Below, piece after piece: positions 28,351-38,771 of a stretch of DNA of 64,000 nucleotides. This stretch comes from an uncultured Actinomycetes bacterium (GTDB taxonomy: Bacteria > Actinomycetota > Thermoleophilia > UBA2241). Location of the stretch: assembly GCA_963709345.1 (NCBI GenBank), contig CAVPVX010000007.1, positions 704,001-768,000 of the forward strand. Direction: 5' to 3'. The position numbers were made by a program, and so were the translations under genes. Below the pieces are notes generated by a model, which searched no databases, was not told where the DNA came from, and saw only the letters and a program-made list of their open reading frames with translations. Each line of letters starts with the position of its first letter. Within the stretch, counting starts at the first letter, position 1.

Positions 28351-30924
28351 GTGATCGGGCTCGTCCTCGTCAGCCACAGCGCGAAGCTCGCCGAGGGCGT
28401 GGCCGAGCTGGCCGCTCAGATGGCCGGCCCGGAGGTCCGGATCGCGGTCGCCGGCGGCTTGGACCAGCCCGGGCGACCCCTCGGCACCGACGCCACTCTC
28501 GTGGCGCGAGCCATCGACGAAGCGTGGTCCGATAACGGAGTGCTGGTACTCATGGATCTCGGCAGCGCAGTGCTCTCCGCCGAACTGGCGCTGGAACTGC
28601 TCCCCGGGGAGCGCCGGGACCGCGTGCTGCTCACGGAGGCGCCGCTCGTCGAGGGCGCCGTCGCCGCGGCGGTCGCCGCCGGCCTCGGCGAACCCCTGAG
28701 CGCGGTCGCCGAAGAGGCGCGCGGCGGGCTGGCGGCGAAGGCGGAGCACCTCGCTCCGGAGGCGGATCGGGACGCTGCTTCGGCGGCGACGTCGAACGCC
28801 GCCCCGGGCAGGCCGCCGACCGGCCGCGAGACCGCGGACGCTCCTGCGCCGGCCCTGCGCATCACGGTCCGTAACCGCCTCGGCCTCCATGCCAGACCGG
28901 CGGCCCTGCTGGTCCGGACGGCCGCCGGCTTCGACGCCGACATGACTGTGGCGAACGCATCCGCGGCGCGCAGTCCCGTGAGCGCACGCAGCCTCAGCGC
29001 GGTCGCCACGCTCGGCGTCCGCCAGGGCGACGAGATCGTCGTGACGGCCTCGGGGCCGCAGGCCGGTGAGGCCCTCGTGGCCGTACGCCGGCTGGCCGAC
29101 GACGCGTTTGGAGAACCGCGCGAGGCGACGCCTCCGGAGGCCGCCCCGGACCACGCGACGCCTGGTCCCCAAGCGCCGTCCGTTGCCGGGGTTGAAGGGG
29201 CTTCGCCGCCACCCCCGGGCACGGTGCTCCGCGGCCTGGCCGCCTCGCCGGGCGTGGCCGTCGGCGCGGCGAAGCTCCTTCGGCCCGCGCCCGCCACCAT
29301 CGCGGACCTGCCCGCCGGAGATCCCGAGACGGAGCTGGAGGCGCTGGAGCGCGCTCTGACGGCCACCGCCGCCGATATCCGGCGAACGAGAGCGTCGCTG
29401 GCCGGCCGCGCCGGCGAACGCGACGCCGCCATCTTCGACGCTCACCTCCTCTTCCTGGAGGACGACGCGCTGCTCGCGCCCGCACGCGACGCCATCGCGC
29501 GTGGCCACCTCGCGGCGGCGCGCGCCTGGGCCGACGCCGTATCCGCGGCTGCGGCGGCTTGGTACGCGCTGGACGACCCATACCAGCGGGCGCGCGCCGC
29601 CGACCTGCGGAGCGTCGGCGAACAGGTCCTGCGCCACCTCGCGGGAGGCGCCTCCGCCGCGTCCCACGGCGACGGTATCGTCGTCGCCGCCGACTTCACG
29701 CCGGCCGAGACCGCCGCCCTCGACCGATCCGCTGTGCGCGGCATCGCCTGCGCCTTGGGGGGACCCACCGCTCACAGCGCGATACTGGCGCGGTCATTCG
29801 GAATCCCGGCAGTCGTCGGCTGCGGCGCGGAGCTCCTCGCCGTGGAGGACGGCACGCTCCTCCTGCTCGACGGCGAAGCCGGGACGGTGATCGTGGACCC
29901 GCCGGTCGACGCGGTCCGGACGGCCGAAGCCCGGCAGGCCGCCTGTGAGCGGCGGAGGGCCGGCGCACAGGCGCAGGCACACCTCCCCGCCGCCACGCGT
30001 GACGGCCTCGTCGTGCCCGTGGCGGCGAACATCGCCACAGCCGGTGACGCCCCGGCTGCCGTCGCCGCCGGAGCCGACGGCGTCGGCCTGCTGCGCACCG
30101 AGTTCCTCTTCCTCCAGACCGGCCACCCCCCGGACGAGGACGAGCAGGAGCGGGCCTACCGCGCGGTGGCGGAGGCGCTCGCGGGCCGGCCGCTCACCAT
30201 CCGCACGCTCGACGCCGGCGCCGACAAGCCACTGCCCTACCTCTCTCTCGCGCGCGAAGCCAACCCCTTCCTGGGGGTCAGGGGCCTGCGCCTCGGGCTC
30301 CGCCACCCCGAGTTCCTGCTCACCCAGCTTCGCGCGATCCTCCGCGTCGCTGCCGACCACCCCGTACGTATCATGTTCCCGATGGTCTCGACGGTGGAGG
30401 AGCTGCTGCGAGCCCGGGGACTGCTGGACGAGGCGCGGTCGTCACTCGGCGCCGGCCGTGTCGCCGCGACCGATGGCCTCGAGGTCGGCATCATGGTCGA
30501 GGTGCCGGCGGCCGCCCTGACCGCTGAGGCTTTCGCTCCGCACGTCGACTTCTTCTCGGTGGGCACGAACGACCTGACCCAGTACACGCTCGCCGCGGAG
30601 CGGGGCAACGCCGGTCTGGCGACGCTCGCCGACCCGCTGCATCCGGCTGTGCTCCGGTTGATCGACGTCACGGCGCGGGCGGGCGCGAACGGCGGCGCGT
30701 GGGTCTCGGTGTGCGGAGAGATCGCCGGAGAGCCGGCGGCGATCCCGCTGCTGCTGGGACTCGGCGTCGCCGAACTCTCGATGGCGCCGGCCCGGATCCC
30801 GCTCGCGAAGGAGGCGGTCCGAACGACGGACGCGGGCGCGGCGCGGCGGCTCGCCGGGAGCGCCCTGGCCGCCGCATCGGCCGCCGACGTTCGGCAGCTC
30901 TGCGGCGCCCCCCCGAACGACTAG
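28351..30924 (+). CDS. dhaM: DhaM(EIIA)-HPr-Enzyme I multiphosphoryl transfer fusion
   Basis: LVSHS and DLGSA (EIIA-man), GLHARPAA (HPr), TAHSAILARS, GVGLLRTEFLF and DFFSVGTNDLTQY (complete EI). Confidence 0.93.
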   Translation: MIGLVLVSHSAKLAEGVAELAAQMAGPEVRIAVAGGLDQPGRPLGTDATLVARAIDEAWSDNGVLVLMDLGSAVLSAELALELLPGERRDRVLLTEAPLVEGAVAAAVAAGLGEPLSAVAEEARGGLAAKAEHLAPEADRDAASAATSNAAPGRPPTGRETADAPAPALRITVRNRLGLHARPAALLVRTAAGFDADMTVANASAARSPVSARSLSAVATLGVRQGDEIVVTASGPQAGEALVAVRRLADDAFGEPREATPPEAAPDHATPGPQAPSVAGVEGASPPPPGTVLRGLAASPGVAVGAAKLLRPAPATIADLPAGDPETELEALERALTATAADIRRTRASLAGRAGERDAAIFDAHLLFLEDDALLAPARDAIARGHLAAARAWADAVSAAAAAWYALDDPYQRARAADLRSVGEQVLRHLAGGASAASHGDGIVVAADFTPAETAALDRSAVRGIACALGGPTAHSAILARSFGIPAVVGCGAELLAVEDGTLLLLDGEAGTVIVDPPVDAVRTAEARQAACERRRAGAQAQAHLPAATRDGLVVPVAANIATAGDAPAAVAAGADGVGLLRTEFLFLQTGHPPDEDEQERAYRAVAEALAGRPLTIRTLDAGADKPLPYLSLAREANPFLGVRGLRLGLRHPEFLLTQLRAILRVAADHPVRIMFPMVSTVEELLRARGLLDEARSSLGAGRVAATDGLEVGIMVEVPAAALTAEAFAPHVDFFSVGTNDLTQYTLAAERGNAGLATLADPLHPAVLRLIDVTARAGANGGAWVSVCGEIAGEPAAIPLLLGLGVAELSMAPARIPLAKEAVRTTDAGAARRLAGSALAAASAADVRQLCGAPPND

Positions 30925-30979
30925 CCGCGCCGGCGCGAGTCCCGCTCACGAACCCGCACAGCAGCGACGTGCCGCTCCG

Positions 30980-32509
30980 TCACAGTCCCTTCTCGGCCGT
31001 CAGCCGCCCGGACTTCACGGCCCGGGTGAACGCCTCGTAGTCGCGCTCGTTCTGGTCCGCGTACGCGACCGAGAAGCCGGCGATCGCCCGGTCGAAGGCA
31101 TCGCCTGTGCCCAGATACGCGGCGATCGCGACCCTGTCGCCCAGGCGCGCGTGCGCCCTGGCCAGGGTCGCGCCACACAGCCGCGCGTACAGCGTCAGCC
31201 CCGGAGCGCGCATCGTCTCGACATCGACGCTGCCCTTCCAGTCGTGCAGCTGGCGCACGTAGAAGTCGTGCATCCGGCCGTCCAGACCCTTGAAGCGCAG
31301 CCAGCCGAGGAAGACGTCGCTGGCCGCCTGCATCAGGCGCTGTCCCTCGACCACGCGCTGGCCGTGGTTGCGGTACTCGCTCCTGCCCACGAACCGCTCC
31401 AGAACCGAAGCCTGCGCCTCCTTCGCCTGCAGGAACAGCGGGGCCTGCTTCTGGCGCCCGCTCATGAGGAGGATCCACGCCCGCGTCCCGACGCTACCGA
31501 CGCCCACGACCTTGCGCGCCGTGTCGACGTAACGGAACTCCTCGATCGGGTGGTGTCGCTGCGCCAGCGAGTGCCGGTACGACCGGACCAGCCCGCGCAT
31601 CCATTTCTCCTTGGCCTGGCGGGTCGTCCCCGGGGGAAGCAGCTCCGCGAGCGGGACGATGAGCGGCGGGTCGGCGATGATGCGCAGCTGACCATCGACC
31701 TCCCCGGTCAATCTGGAGAGCGAACGGGTGTGGACGCGCCTCCTGGCCTTGGCCAGGTCCCGCTCCGCAGCACGCGCCTCGCGCTTGCCGATGCGCCCCT
31801 CGCGCACCTCCCGGCCGATCCACGACGTGATCTCCTCGGCGGTCAGGTGCGCGTACCAGGCGTCCAGCGCGCCCATGTCCGCGGCCCGGCGCATGGCGTC
31901 GCGGTACTCGTACACGCCGCCGGTGACCACGGCTCGCCGGTCGGCGGCCGACAAGCCGAGGTGGCGACCGGCGATCTCGAAGCTGGCCGCCAGGCGCTTG
32001 ACGTCCCACTCCCACGGGCCGGGGAGCGTCTCGTCGAAGTCGTTGATGTCGAACAGCATCTGACGCTCCGGCGACGCGAAGAGGCCGAAGTTCGAGAGGT
32101 GCGCGTCGCCGCAGAGCTGCACCTCGAAGCCGGAGTCAGGCGTGCCGGCCAGGTCGGACGCCATGATCAGCGCGGCGCCGCGATAGAAGGCGAACGGAGA
32201 GACCAGCATGCGACCGTGGCGGATGGGGACGAGCTCGGGGACCCGGCCCTCCGCCTGCTGCTCGAGCAGCGCGACGGAGTCCGGCCGGCCCGGGGCCGCC
32301 GCCCAGTGCGCATGGCTCGAGCGCGGCACCGTGCGGCGCGCCGCCTTGCCCTTGGCCACCCACTCCTCGGGACTCAGCAGCACGGACTCCCGCCGTGCGG
32401 CGGGCGACGGGCCGGATCGAGTCCCGGAGCCGCGCCGGGGGGGCGCCGCCGCGCCGCCGCGCGACCCACTCACTCCCGAAGCGGCGGACTTGCCTGATCT
32501 CGCCGCCAT
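30980..32509 (-). CDS. DUF2252 family protein (kinase-like fold)
   Basis: SPFAFYRG, CGDAHLSNFG, FDINDFDE and KVVGVGSVGTR. Confidence 0.92.
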   Translation of the reverse strand: MAARSGKSAASGVSGSRGGAAAPPRRGSGTRSGPSPAARRESVLLSPEEWVAKGKAARRTVPRSSHAHWAAAPGRPDSVALLEQQAEGRVPELVPIRHGRMLVSPFAFYRGAALIMASDLAGTPDSGFEVQLCGDAHLSNFGLFASPERQMLFDINDFDETLPGPWEWDVKRLAASFEIAGRHLGLSAADRRAVVTGGVYEYRDAMRRAADMGALDAWYAHLTAEEITSWIGREVREGRIGKREARAAERDLAKARRRVHTRSLSRLTGEVDGQLRIIADPPLIVPLAELLPPGTTRQAKEKWMRGLVRSYRHSLAQRHHPIEEFRYVDTARKVVGVGSVGTRAWILLMSGRQKQAPLFLQAKEAQASVLERFVGRSEYRNHGQRVVEGQRLMQAASDVFLGWLRFKGLDGRMHDFYVRQLHDWKGSVDVETMRAPGLTLYARLCGATLARAHARLGDRVAIAAYLGTGDAFDRAIAGFSVAYADQNERDYEAFTRAVKSGRLTAEKGL

Positions 32510-32646
32510 GGTCGCCTCCTCTCCTCGCCACGCCGGATGACCCAGTCTAGCGGCTGCCCGGCGCGCCAGATAGGGAGCGACCACCAGGGCGACGTCGGGC
32601 GACGAGCCCGGAGGAGGCCGTGCACTCCGGTCAGTCGCGCACGCCC

Positions 32647-33813
32647 TCAGGAGCGCGCGAATGCGGCGCCGTAGATCTCCTCGTAGGCGGCGACACTCAG
32701 CTCGCGCGGGTTGCCGATCGTCTGCGGGTCGTCGAAGGCGATGCGCGCCAGCATCGGGATCTCGCCGTCCGAGAAGCCGAGGTCGGTCATGCTGGGGATG
32801 CCGACGGCGTCGGTGAGCCGGTCGATCTCGCGCGCGCCGGCCTGGGCGGCCGCGAGCGGATCCAGGCCCGAGACGTCCACCCCGAGCCCTCGCGCGAGGC
32901 GCGCGTAGCGGGCAGGGTCCGCCGGGGCGTTGAACGCGCAGACGGGCCCGAGCAGCCGCGCCGTGAGGGCGCCGTGCGAGCAGTCGTGCACGCCGCCGGC
33001 GGACTGGCTCATGGCGTGCGCCGCGCCGGCGCTCTCGGTGCCGTAGGCCATGCCGCCGAGCGTCGCCGCGTGGGCCATGCCGGTGCGAGCCGTCAGGTCG
33101 GAGCCGTCGGCCACGGCCTTCTCCAGCCAGGCGGCGACGAGCTCCACCGACTCCAGAGCGACCGCGTCGTTCAAGAACTGGTGGTAGTCACACGTGTAGC
33201 ACTCCACGGCGTGAGCGAGCGCGTCCATCCCGGTGGCGGCGGTGATCGCCGGCGGCATGCCGAGCATCAGTTCGGGGTCGATGACGGCGGCGTGAGCGGC
33301 GATGAGGGCGGTGCCGCCGACGTTGAACTTGATCCTGCGGCCGGTGTCGGCGACCACCGCCCAGAGCGTGACCTCGCTGCCGGTGCCGGCGGTCGTCGGT
33401 ACGGTGACGAGTGGCGGGATGCGTCGCGTGATGGGCTCGCGGCCCCACTCGTACCGCGCGATCGACCCTCCGTGCCGGGCGACGACCCCGACGGACTTGG
33501 CGGTGTCCATCGGCGAGCCGCCGCCGATGGCCACGAGCCCGTCGCACGCCTCGTCCGCGTAGAGGCGCGCCGCGCGGTCGATGAGGTCGATATCCGGGTT
33601 GGGCCGCACCTCGTCGAACACGACCGCGTCGGGAAGCCGCTCCAGGGCCCTCGACGCCAGGCCGGCCGCGATGACGCCGGCGTCGGTCACGACCAGAGGC
33701 CGGCTCACGCCGAGGCCCTCCACCACCTCGCCGAGGCAGGCGATCGCCCCCGGCCCGTGGACGAGCCGTGTCGGCGTCTCGATGGTCCGCACGGCTTCGA
33801 CCTCGACGTTCAT
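32647..33813 (-). CDS. Iron-containing alcohol dehydrogenase (GbsB/choline dehydrogenase-like)
   Basis: GGGSPMD, PTTAGTGSEVT, GMDALAHAVE, AHAMSQ and HG; TESAGAAHAMSQSAGG resembles GbsB. Confidence 0.88.
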   Translation of the reverse strand: MNVEVEAVRTIETPTRLVHGPGAIACLGEVVEGLGVSRPLVVTDAGVIAAGLASRALERLPDAVVFDEVRPNPDIDLIDRAARLYADEACDGLVAIGGGSPMDTAKSVGVVARHGGSIARYEWGREPITRRIPPLVTVPTTAGTGSEVTLWAVVADTGRRIKFNVGGTALIAAHAAVIDPELMLGMPPAITAATGMDALAHAVECYTCDYHQFLNDAVALESVELVAAWLEKAVADGSDLTARTGMAHAATLGGMAYGTESAGAAHAMSQSAGGVHDCSHGALTARLLGPVCAFNAPADPARYARLARGLGVDVSGLDPLAAAQAGAREIDRLTDAVGIPSMTDLGFSDGEIPMLARIAFDDPQTIGNPRELSVAAYEEIYGAAFARS

Positions 33814-33915
33814 CCCCGTCGCCTCCCGCAGTCGCGTTCTCCGATGGCAGCGCTCGCCGTCGATCCTAGCGCGACGGACGGGCAGGCGCCGGCGAGGGGA
33901 GCGCGGATCACGCAG

Positions 33916-33958
33916 ACTCTAACTCTCGACTTGAGACTTATACTTATCTCCTCAAGGC
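33916..33958. promoter_or_regulatory. Imperfect 29-bp palindrome, putative operator (copy 2), in a divergent intergenic region
   Basis: ACTCTAACTCTCGACTTGAGACTTATACT followed by TATC..CAAGGC; similar to 20411-20452. Confidence 0.45.
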
Positions 33959-34074
33959 CTTTCCGTGACCTCCGGCTTGAAGCTCCACGCGGTTGGTGCG
34001 AGGCTTGCCCCGGTGCCGCGCGACGGCGACGCGTCGCTGCACCGGCCCGCGACCCTCGGACGGCTGGAGAGACC

Positions 34075-34710
34075 ATGGCGATCCTGCTCGACTCGGCTTC
34101 TGTGGACGATGCGGCTGCGGCCGCCGAGCTCGGCTTCGTCCATGGCATCACCACGAACCCGGCGCTCATGGCGCGAGAGACGACGAAGCCGCTCGCGCAC
34201 CTCGAGCGCCTGCTGGGCGCCTTCCCCACCGGCCCTGTCTGCTACCAGCCGACGCGCACGTCGTGCGACGAGATGGGCGAAGAGACGCGAGCCGCGGCGG
34301 CGCTCGCGCCCGGCCGGGTCGTCGCCAAGCTGCCGGCCACGCTCGAAGGGATCAGACTGGCGGCGGCGCTCCACAAGGAGGACATCCGCAGCGCCCTCAC
34401 CGCCGTCTACTCGCCGGCGCAGGCGCTGCTCGCGCACGAAGCCGGCTGCCTGTGGGTGATCCCGTACGTCGACCGCGCCGCCCGGCACTCGGCCGGCGCG
34501 GTCGTCATCGAGCTGGCGGCGATCCTGGAGCAACTCGACAGCAGCACTCGCGTCCTGGCCGCGAGCCTCAAGACGGCGCCGCAGGTCGTGGAGGCCGTCC
34601 TCGACGGCGCGCACGACATCACCGCGCCCCTCGACGTCATCCGCGGCCTCCCTGCGCACCCGCTCACCGAGTCCGCCGTGCGTGAGTTCGCGGCGCACTG
34701 GAAGACCTGA
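34075..34710 (+). CDS. Transaldolase / fructose-6-phosphate aldolase family protein
   Basis: LLDSA, GITTNP, VAKLP, PYVDR and LAASLK. Confidence 0.9.
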   Translation: MAILLDSASVDDAAAAAELGFVHGITTNPALMARETTKPLAHLERLLGAFPTGPVCYQPTRTSCDEMGEETRAAAALAPGRVVAKLPATLEGIRLAAALHKEDIRSALTAVYSPAQALLAHEAGCLWVIPYVDRAARHSAGAVVIELAAILEQLDSSTRVLAASLKTAPQVVEAVLDGAHDITAPLDVIRGLPAHPLTESAVREFAAHWKT

Positions 34711-34751
34711 GCACACCGGGCGCCGCACGCGACGAAGAGGAGCGCCGCTCG

Positions 34752-35213
34752 ATGACCGACGAGATGCGCCTGCGACCGGTGGGCGTCGTACGGACCCCGA
34801 AGAGCAGGGAGGGGCTCTCGGTCATCGACGTGGCTCCCGACCTCGAAGGCGTCCTCGACGGGATCGAGGACTTCTCCCATCTCCTGGTGCTGTACTGGGC
34901 TCACCTTCGCACGCGCCGCGACCCCCCGGTGGTCAGGACGCATCCATTCGGGGACGCGGACCTACCCTTGACGGGCATCTTCGCCACGCGGAGCCCGGCG
35001 CGGCCGAATCCCGTGTTGGCCGACGTCGTCCGGCTCGTGAAGCGCGACGGCAACACCCTCACCGTGGCCGGCCTCGATGCGCTGGAGGGCACGCCTGTGA
35101 TCGACATCAAGCCGTCGACCGGCGGCGACCACCCCGCCGAGGGCGTACGCGTGGCCCCCTGGCTGGACCGTCGCTACCCCGACTCCGGGCGGCGGGAAGA
35201 GGGAGCGGGGTAG
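34752..35213 (+). CDS. tsaA: TsaA/TrmO (YaeB)-like SAM-binding tRNA methyltransferase
   Basis: GIFATRSPARPNP and GLDALEGTPVIDIKP. Confidence 0.88.
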   Translation: MTDEMRLRPVGVVRTPKSREGLSVIDVAPDLEGVLDGIEDFSHLLVLYWAHLRTRRDPPVVRTHPFGDADLPLTGIFATRSPARPNPVLADVVRLVKRDGNTLTVAGLDALEGTPVIDIKPSTGGDHPAEGVRVAPWLDRRYPDSGRREEGAG

Positions 35214-35371
35214 TCCGGACGCGACAGCGCACGGCGGGCGCGCGAGGACTTGCGGCGAGAGAGCGCAGCAGCAGCCCCGCGCCGGCGCGGGGCGTGAAGC
35301 ACGCGAGGCCGGATGATAGCCTGACGCAGGCAGGGTCATCCGGCAGACGCGGCGACGGAGGACGAGCGGAC

Positions 35372-36670
35372 ATGGCATCGATGCACCGCACGCGAGCGCG
35401 AACGACCGTCATCCTGACGAGTCTGGCGCTCGCCCTCCTGCTCCTCGCTCCGGCCGGGGCTGCAGCAGGCCTCAAGGCGAGGATCGACGCGGCCCTGCAA
35501 CGGCACGGCATGTCCGGGTCGGGCACCTCCGTCGCCGTGTACGACCTCACCTCCAAACGCTATCTCTACTCACTGCGCTGGGACGTGCTCCGCCTGCCGG
35601 CATCCAACCAGAAACTGGTGACCTCGGCGGCGGCGCTCGCCACCTGGCCGGCCACGCATCGCTTCAGCACGCAGCTGTTCATCGACGGGGCGGCGCCCGA
35701 CGACGAGGGCGTGGTCCGCGGAAACGTCTACCTGCGCGGCCTCGGCGATCCGAGCCTCTCCACCACCGCGTTCCAAACGCGCCGGCTCCACTTCCGCACG
35801 TCCAACGTGCGCGACTTCGTCACCCGCCTGCGGGCCCTGGGGGTCAAACGGATCACCGGGCGCGTCGTCGCCGATGACGGCTACTTCGACCGCGCTCGCA
35901 TCGTCTCGACCTGGCGGCCCAGCGTGCTCGGCTACTGCGGCCCGCTCTCGGCGCTCACCTTGAACACGAGTGTGGGCGCCGACGGCCGGTACGTGCGCGA
36001 CCCGTCGCTGTGGGCGGCGAACAAGCTCACGAAGCTCCTGCGCGCCGCGGGCGTGCGAGTCGTGCTCGCCGCCGCGCGCGGGGTCGTGCCCGCGACGGCG
36101 ACGCTCGTCCACACGGAGCGCTCCGCGACTCTGAGGCGCCTCCTGGCGGCGATGAACAAGCCGAGCGACAACTTCTTCGCCGAGCAGTTGCTCAAGGGGG
36201 TCGGGGCGAGTTCCTCCGGCGCCGGCACGCCCGCCGGCGGCGCGGGAACGACCGCCGCCGGCGCCGCCGCGGCCAGGCACTACCTGACCGGCGCCGGCAT
36301 CACCAAAGGATTCCGCATCCGCGACGGCTCGGGGCTGAGCTACCAGAACAAGCTCAGCGCCCACACGGTGGTCAAGATCCTCGGCGCGGCGGCACGGCGC
36401 GCCGACTTCCCGGCCTTCCGGACGTCGCTCGCCGTCGCCGGCGTGGACGGCACGCTCCGGCAGCGGATGCGCGGGACGGTCGCGGCGGGCAACGTGCGCG
36501 CCAAGACGGGTACGCTGGCCGCGGCGAGCAGCCTCTCGGGCTACGTCACCTCCGCGAACCGGCATGCACTCACCTTCGCCATCCTCATGAACGGGAGCTC
36601 CTTGCCGGTGACACGAGCGCAGGCCGCGCAGGATGCGATCGCCGTCGTCCTGGCTCGCTCAAAGCCTTGA
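35372..36670 (+). CDS. dacB: D-Ala-D-Ala carboxypeptidase/endopeptidase (peptidase S13)
   Basis: Signal peptide, PASNQK (SxxK), SDNFFAE (SxN), DGSGLS and AKTGT. Confidence 0.93.
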   Translation: MASMHRTRARTTVILTSLALALLLLAPAGAAAGLKARIDAALQRHGMSGSGTSVAVYDLTSKRYLYSLRWDVLRLPASNQKLVTSAAALATWPATHRFSTQLFIDGAAPDDEGVVRGNVYLRGLGDPSLSTTAFQTRRLHFRTSNVRDFVTRLRALGVKRITGRVVADDGYFDRARIVSTWRPSVLGYCGPLSALTLNTSVGADGRYVRDPSLWAANKLTKLLRAAGVRVVLAAARGVVPATATLVHTERSATLRRLLAAMNKPSDNFFAEQLLKGVGASSSGAGTPAGGAGTTAAGAAAARHYLTGAGITKGFRIRDGSGLSYQNKLSAHTVVKILGAAARRADFPAFRTSLAVAGVDGTLRQRMRGTVAAGNVRAKTGTLAAASSLSGYVTSANRHALTFAILMNGSSLPVTRAQAAQDAIAVVLARSKP

Positions 36671-36688
36671 CGGAGGCGAGCGCGCCGC

Positions 36689-37051
36689 TCAGCGCAGTTC
36701 GCGCTCGGCGACCACCTCACGCTTGAGCACGCTCACGAGCCGCTGAAGCGCGGCAAAGACGTTGTCGCGGATGTCGCCGGCCACCAGGACCTTCATGATG
36801 TCGTCGCCCACGGCCAGCGTGCCCTCATTGACCCAGGCCCGCACGGCGACGACCCCCGGCCAGCTCCGGGCTTCGGCCAGCGCCTGCTCGAGCCGCGCCC
36901 GGTCGGTGTGCAACTCCATGCCGGCGACCGGCTCACCCGAGCGCGAGGAGCCTCTCACGATCCCCTGGTGCACCAGCAGCATGCCGATGCCGGCGGCCTC
37001 CGGGCGGGACTTGGCCTCGACGATCCAGTCGTTCACGTCGGGGGCGTCCAC
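36689..37051 (-). CDS. moaE: Molybdopterin synthase MoaE-like protein
   Basis: GMLLVHQGIVRG and GTLAVGDDIMKVLVAGDIR. Confidence 0.82.
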   Translation of the reverse strand: MDAPDVNDWIVEAKSRPEAAGIGMLLVHQGIVRGSSRSGEPVAGMELHTDRARLEQALAEARSWPGVVAVRAWVNEGTLAVGDDIMKVLVAGDIRDNVFAALQRLVSVLKREVVAERELR

Positions 37052-37053
37052 GC

Positions 37054-37497
37054 CTAGACCTGGTTGTAGAAGCGCTGCTCGTGAAGCGCGCCGGGGGCGT
37101 CGCTCGAGAGTTCGGCGCCGTCGGGCGCCAGGAGCACGACGCGCTCGCCGATGAACTGCAGCCGGGCGTCGAGTGCGTAGGCCAAGCCGCTGCAGAAGTC
37201 GACCAGGCGCTTGGCGACGTCGGGCCCGCAGTGCTGCAGATCGACGACCACGGGGTTGCCCGAGCGCAGACCCGCGGCGATACGCTGCGCGTCGTCGAAC
37301 TCCTTCGGTGCGACCAGGGCGAAGTCGAGGCGCGGCGCGCGCACGAGGGCGAGCGGACGCGGCGCCTCGTCGTACCGGCGGCGCTCGGCCGGCCCTTCCG
37401 AGCCATCGTCTTCGTTCTCGTCGTAGTACTCGTCGTAGTCATCGTACGCGGCGCCGAACTGCTCGACCACCGCGCGAAACGATCCTGCCAGGCTCAT
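37054..37497 (-). CDS. sepF: Cell division protein SepF
   Basis: PKEFDDAQRIA and AKRLVDFCSGLAYALD. Confidence 0.9.
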   Translation of the reverse strand: MSLAGSFRAVVEQFGAAYDDYDEYYDENEDDGSEGPAERRRYDEAPRPLALVRAPRLDFALVAPKEFDDAQRIAAGLRSGNPVVVDLQHCGPDVAKRLVDFCSGLAYALDARLQFIGERVVLLAPDGAELSSDAPGALHEQRFYNQV

Positions 37498-37584
37498 CGA
37501 CCCTCCGGCCTCCCGTCGCGCCGGGGCACGCCTGAAGTACGCGCGACTCGGGAGGACTCATCCGCTGTGCCGGAGCGTGCCCGT

Positions 37585-37842
37585 CTACTTCTTCGCCGCC
37601 GGACCCGCCCGCGCCTGCACGACCGAAGGCCAAGATCTCCCTGGTCCGCCTTCGACGGCCCGCGCCTCCCGCCAGTGGCGACGGCAGGCCGGAGCCGGCC
37701 GCCACTCGCCCGGCTCCGTCTGCACTGGGACCCAGGTCACGTCCGGGTCTCCGGACTCGGGCAGCGGCAGTCCGCAGTCGCGGCCGTGCTGCACCTCGTG
37801 CTCGTCGCCTTCACTGACGAACGCGAACCGTGTCTCTTCCAC
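37585..37842 (-). CDS. Small hypothetical protein
   Basis: GGAGGAG RBS before GTG; no recognisable family. Confidence 0.4.
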   Translation of the reverse strand: MEETRFAFVSEGDEHEVQHGRDCGLPLPESGDPDVTWVPVQTEPGEWRPAPACRRHWREARAVEGGPGRSWPSVVQARAGPAAKK

Positions 37843-38200
37843 GGCTCCTCCTTCCGGAGCCATCCGGCCACACCGGGCCGGCCGCACGCCTTTCACTGTA
37901 GGTCGCGTACGGGCGCGTGACACGTAGCGTGGTCGCCTGCGGGTGCCTCATCGCGGAAGGGCGGATCCTCCGGCGGCCGGGAGACGATCCCATCGGTGCA
38001 AGCCACCTGCCGTACGCGCATGTACGCACTCCACCTTCGGAACGTCTGAAGACCAAGGGTGGCGGACGGTGTGGCCGTCCGTATACACTCCCGACAACGA
38101 AGCCGCCGGCGGCGCTCGATGCGCCAGGCGCGGAATACGATTCCGGACCGGACAGGCTGCGGCGTGCCGCGCGGCAGCGAGCGACACACGGGAGGCGCCC

Positions 38201-38707
38201 ATGAAAAAGGCCCTCACCCTCGCCTTCATCACCACCGCACTGGCCCTGCTCCTCCTCCCCGCGGCATCACTGGCCGCGATCACTCCCACCAAGGCCGAGA
38301 GAACCGTCATCAAGCTCGTGAACAAGGAACGCGCCAAGCAGGGGCTGGCGGCGGTCCGTTTCAACGCCGCCCTGACCCGCGCCGCACGCGCCCATGCTCG
38401 CGAGATGGCGCGGCGCCAAGTGCTCACCCACCGCAGCGCCAACGGCGCCACGATCGCCGGACGCGCCGTCGCGAACGGCTACAAGCGCAGCAGGTACCGC
38501 TACTGGACCGTCGGCGAGAACGTCGCCAGCGCCCGCTCCGGGACGCCCTTCGCGACGCCGGCCGGCGCAGTATGCCTCTGGTCGCGCGCCAGCACACACC
38601 GCCAGATCATGCTGCGCGGCGTGTACCGCAACATCGGCGTCGGTGTGGCCACCGCGGCGAACGGGACTCGCTACTTCACCATCGACCTGGGACGCCGCAC
38701 GCGCTGA
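38201..38707 (+). CDS. Secreted CAP (SCP) domain protein
   Basis: Signal peptide, LVNKERAKQGL, AARAHAREM, GENVA, HRQIML and IGVG. Confidence 0.9.
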   Translation: MKKALTLAFITTALALLLLPAASLAAITPTKAERTVIKLVNKERAKQGLAAVRFNAALTRAARAHAREMARRQVLTHRSANGATIAGRAVANGYKRSRYRYWTVGENVASARSGTPFATPAGAVCLWSRASTHRQIMLRGVYRNIGVGVATAANGTRYFTIDLGRRTR

Positions 38708-38771
38708 GACCGAGCGCGGAACCGCGAGAGACGGGCGGCACGCGGGGCGGCAAGACCGGCAGGCCGCTCGC